Part shown: piece by piece, positions 61,301 through 64,000 of the stretch
Position numbering within the stretch: the stretch's first letter is position 1
Layout: each line of letters opens with the position of its first letter
Assembly: GCA_024704765.1 (NCBI GenBank)
Contig: JAKMXF010000345.1
Location: forward strand, 62,001-126,000
Length of the DNA stretch: 64,000 bases
Source: Oopsacas minuta
Lineage: Eukaryota > Animalia > Porifera
Direction of reading: 5' to 3'
Notes under the pieces: generated by a model
The model's input: only the letters and a program-made list of their open reading frames with translations
Told to the model about the DNA's origin: nothing
Databases searched by the model: none
Position numbers and translations under genes: made by a program

Positions 61301-63352
61301 TATAAATTTGATGATATGGAAGTGACCGAGTTTCGTATGGAAGATTATGATGAGTTACGTAATAATTGTTTTGGTGGGGAGTTTCAAGGTGAAGTGTATG
61401 ATCCAATTGCGAAACGCATGCAATTTCGCAGGCAAAAGCGGTGGTGGAATGCGTATTTACTTGTTTACGAACGAATTGAAGATATTGATTTGATATCGAC
61501 ATCTACAGACCCTGATAAGTTCAAGGCTCCCAAAGAAATCTGTAAATCAGTCCAGAAAGAAAATCTCGACTATCTAAACACGAAAATTCAATTCGGTATC
61601 GAATACTTTGGATTCATGAAAGATCTCTTCAAATCGAATAAATATTTTATCCTTGAGCACATGCAGGATAATTCTGAAACAGGTCCAACCTCGAAAGACG
61701 AATTAGAGCAACTTGCCTTACATTCAATACAATTAGCGTCCAAATTCATTTTTGGAGTTGGTTTTCATACAAAAAAATCACTCCGTGGTTTGGCTAACGA
61801 ATGGTACGAGTGTTATCAAGCGCTAATAAACAGCTACGCTTCGTGTAGAAAATGGCTTGCGGACGAAATCCTATTCAAAAAGCCAATGTATCGATTCTGT
61901 GAATATCTATTAGATTGCCCCAGTACTGATATTCGTGTTGTATTCACGAAAATTCTGGTTTGCCTCGCGAAATATTCAGTAAATGATGGGATATATTATC
62001 CACCACGTGTGCCGTACGGTCCTGAAAATCGCGATGAAGATAAACGTGATGATGACGAGCACGAAACACCGACTTTTTCACTCTTACTTCGTTCGACAAA
62101 ACCGCAAACTCTCCCAGTACCTGAACCAATTATACAAATCGACTCTGAAAACGCAGAACTTCGCGATCATATAATGATTTCATGCGTGAATCTGTTAGCT
62201 TATGATTTATCACCTTGTGCGAAATATCTCAGCCAATATTTCGCGATTTTCCAAATGTACTGTAAATTAGGCCGGCCGGAGTGTGACCATCTTTTGAAAC
62301 TTGGAGTCCCAGAACTTTTTATGGCCGCGGCACTTCACGAGGGGCCTGGGCCTCCCATAATTTCACAATCCCTTGATTTAGCGAAACTTTTCTCTTTCGT
62401 CGCGATTCTACTTCGGTGCTATGATATTTCGCATTTGCAACAAAGCGCAAATCGAGAAGCCCCATTGGAGAATTCGTTCAAAAACGGTGAACCATACAGT
62501 ATTATGCCGGAGAATATCCAAAATAGACTTTTCTGTAAAAACTCAATAACACTACACACAAGTTATGTCAATAAAATGCTCGAAGAATGCCCAAATTCTG
62601 AAGAATGTATAAGTCTTTTGAAGTTTTGCTGCTGGGAAAATTGGGATTTTTCTTTGCTGGTTATAAGCGAGGTAATTTTTGAATTAAGCAATTCGCATAA
62701 TTATGAGTTACGACAGTTTATGGATTTAATGTTGAATATTTTAATGTTGGAAGATTCTTGGCAGCGAAAACGCGTGTTACTCACTCTTAGGGGAATTGCA
62801 AACGATGTCGATTCGCTCTTTGATATCATCCATAACTCACGAATGCATTACCAAAAACGTGCGTATTTAGCATTGAAACTTGTCCTACAAATTGTCCAAT
62901 TTTGTCCATTTACAAAGGACTTCTTGATGAATGATTACACGATAAAACGTCGGTATATGATGGCTGTTGATTGGTTGAATGATGAGTTGAGTAGGCGTAT
63001 GATGACGTCAGCTTATTCTAACTATAACAATGCATGGTCACATTCTACTTCCAATGAAACTTCGACAAATTCATTGTTCCTTGAGCGGACGAATTCAGCG
63101 CAATCGCTACTTGTGAACGCGAAATTATACTATGTACCTGACCAGGTAACACCACCACCAGTGCAAGATTCTGGGGATGAGACCAATTCTCAGGACGAGG
63201 GGGACAAACCAACTACAGTGGAGGTTCAAGAAATATTGGATGATTCTTCTCCGACATCTGTTGAGATGAATGAGCTTACTAGCCACAGCTCTCACCCGGA
63301 CAACCTCGATCAAATCGGTCAAAATTCACCACCAAAATCTCCAATAGATTAA
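46381..63352 (+). CDS. USP9X: Ubiquitin-specific protease USP9X/fat facets-like, about 2753 aa
   Basis: 21 exons: 46381-46495, 46901-47090, 47661-47847, 48366(or 48381)-48719, 49351-49654, 50170-50381, 50586-51013, 51689-52096, 52286-52445, 52621-53038, 53659-53999, 54733-55104, 55421-55695, 55893-56084, 56469-56673, 57063-57314, 57876-58174, 58451-58796, 59514-60129, 60545-60901, 61122-63352 (8262 nt, in frame). Cys box [21 protein letters not shown] is USP9-type; His box [23 protein letters not shown]; [10 protein letters not shown]. The two or three N-terminal low-complexity exons and the start codon are less certain. Confidence 0.92.
49938..50098. mobile_element. TA-flanked MITE family F nested inside a family A copy
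   Basis: TA|cagtaaaacc ... ggttttactg|TA; an inverted degenerate second copy lies near 59312-59455. Confidence 0.8.
55127..55212. repeat. Degenerate (AAAC)n microsatellite in a USP9 intron
   Basis: aaacaagaaacaaacaaacaag...acaaacaaacaaacaaacag. Confidence 0.8.
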
Positions 63353-63373
63353 ACAAAGGCCATTCGCCTTTAC

Positions 63374-63727
63374 CACACACACACACACACAGAACTCTTT
63401 AATACATTTAATCTTCCCCAAAATAACCTTTACTTTTTAAAATCTTCACCGAAAGATTTTGTCAAGCACAGTGGCAATGTACTTTTCCAATGCCACTCAA
63501 TATTAGTATTATTATTATTATTATTATATATTGCCGGCAAATTTTGAAATATCGAGCTACTATCTATTAGTGTGTATATATTAGATAGTAGAATTTGCTG
63601 TTTGTTTGTTTGTTTGTTTGTTGTTTAATATAATTTTAATTTCTAGTAGTGTAAAGGTATTGAGTATACAAATATTATTAGTTTATGCTCTCCAATATTA
63701 ATGTTTGTTGTTGTTGTTGTTGTTGTT
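63374..63727. repeat. Microsatellite cluster in the likely USP9 3' UTR: (CA)n, (TAT)n, (GTTT)n, (GTT)n
   Basis: (CA) 63374-63391, (TAT) about 63506-63527, (GTTT) 63600-63620, (GTT) about 63706-63727. Confidence 0.85.
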
Positions 63728-64000
63728 TCGTAGTTATTAGTATTATTTTGTTGTTGACTTTCTTTATTCATGCTTGTTTGTTAGCAACAACAGTTAGTCA
63801 TATATACTTTTGATTCATTAAATGTATAGAGTAAAATGAAATTTGGGTTTGTTTATTTCTATTACAGTGTAACTTCCACAAACGGGGAACTTCTGGAAAC
63901 GGATTCGAAAAGGAATAGAGCGAATCTCATACAAATGAACCTCAACGAACGCGGAATTTGGCAGAAACTGCGGACTAGGTAGCAATTTTCGACGTTCTTA

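Noticed and set aside
1-64000. tRNA genes, CRISPR arrays, intact transposase or RT genes
   Set aside because: None seen; the repeats are dispersed TIR elements, not regularly spaced direct repeats with spacers.

Overview
AT-rich, intron-containing eukaryotic (animal) genomic DNA; no prokaryotic features or CRISPR. I hand-spliced the genes from the sequence. In order: (1) a Trio/Dbl-family RhoGEF (DH-PH-SH3-low complexity-Ig, probably 5'-truncated by the window edge, ends 14946). Its 8.3 kb SH3-splitting intron holds two head-to-head, near-identical CNC/Maf-type bZIP genes and apparently decayed Sec14/spectrin-like coding fragments. (2) About 8 kb with no gene I can support. (3) A full TRIM71/lin-41 orthologue. 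(4) A CenH3/CENP-A-like histone H3 variant. (5) A single-exon CASP (CUX1 golgin) gene. (6) A coiled-coil+NHL gene broken by one missing base. (7) Prolyl endopeptidase, with a solitary, structurally intact 5S rRNA gene in intron 5. (8) A 21-exon USP9X/faf deubiquitinase with a GC-AG intron. Most introns carry 80-230 bp TA-flanked CAGT..ACTG (Tc1/pogo-type) MITEs of many families, plus hAT-type MITEs; no transposase is in the window. The gene style suggests a non-bilaterian animal, possibly a hexactinellid sponge such as Oopsacas; this is inference, not verified. The best candidates for something new are the intron-nested palindromic bZIP pair with adjacent RhoGEF-like relics, the loop1-unextended CenH3, the intronic 5S gene with compensatory changes, a reused MITE-in-MITE insertion site and a strong excess of perfect CRE palindromes near gene starts. 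All counts and alignments were done by eye.
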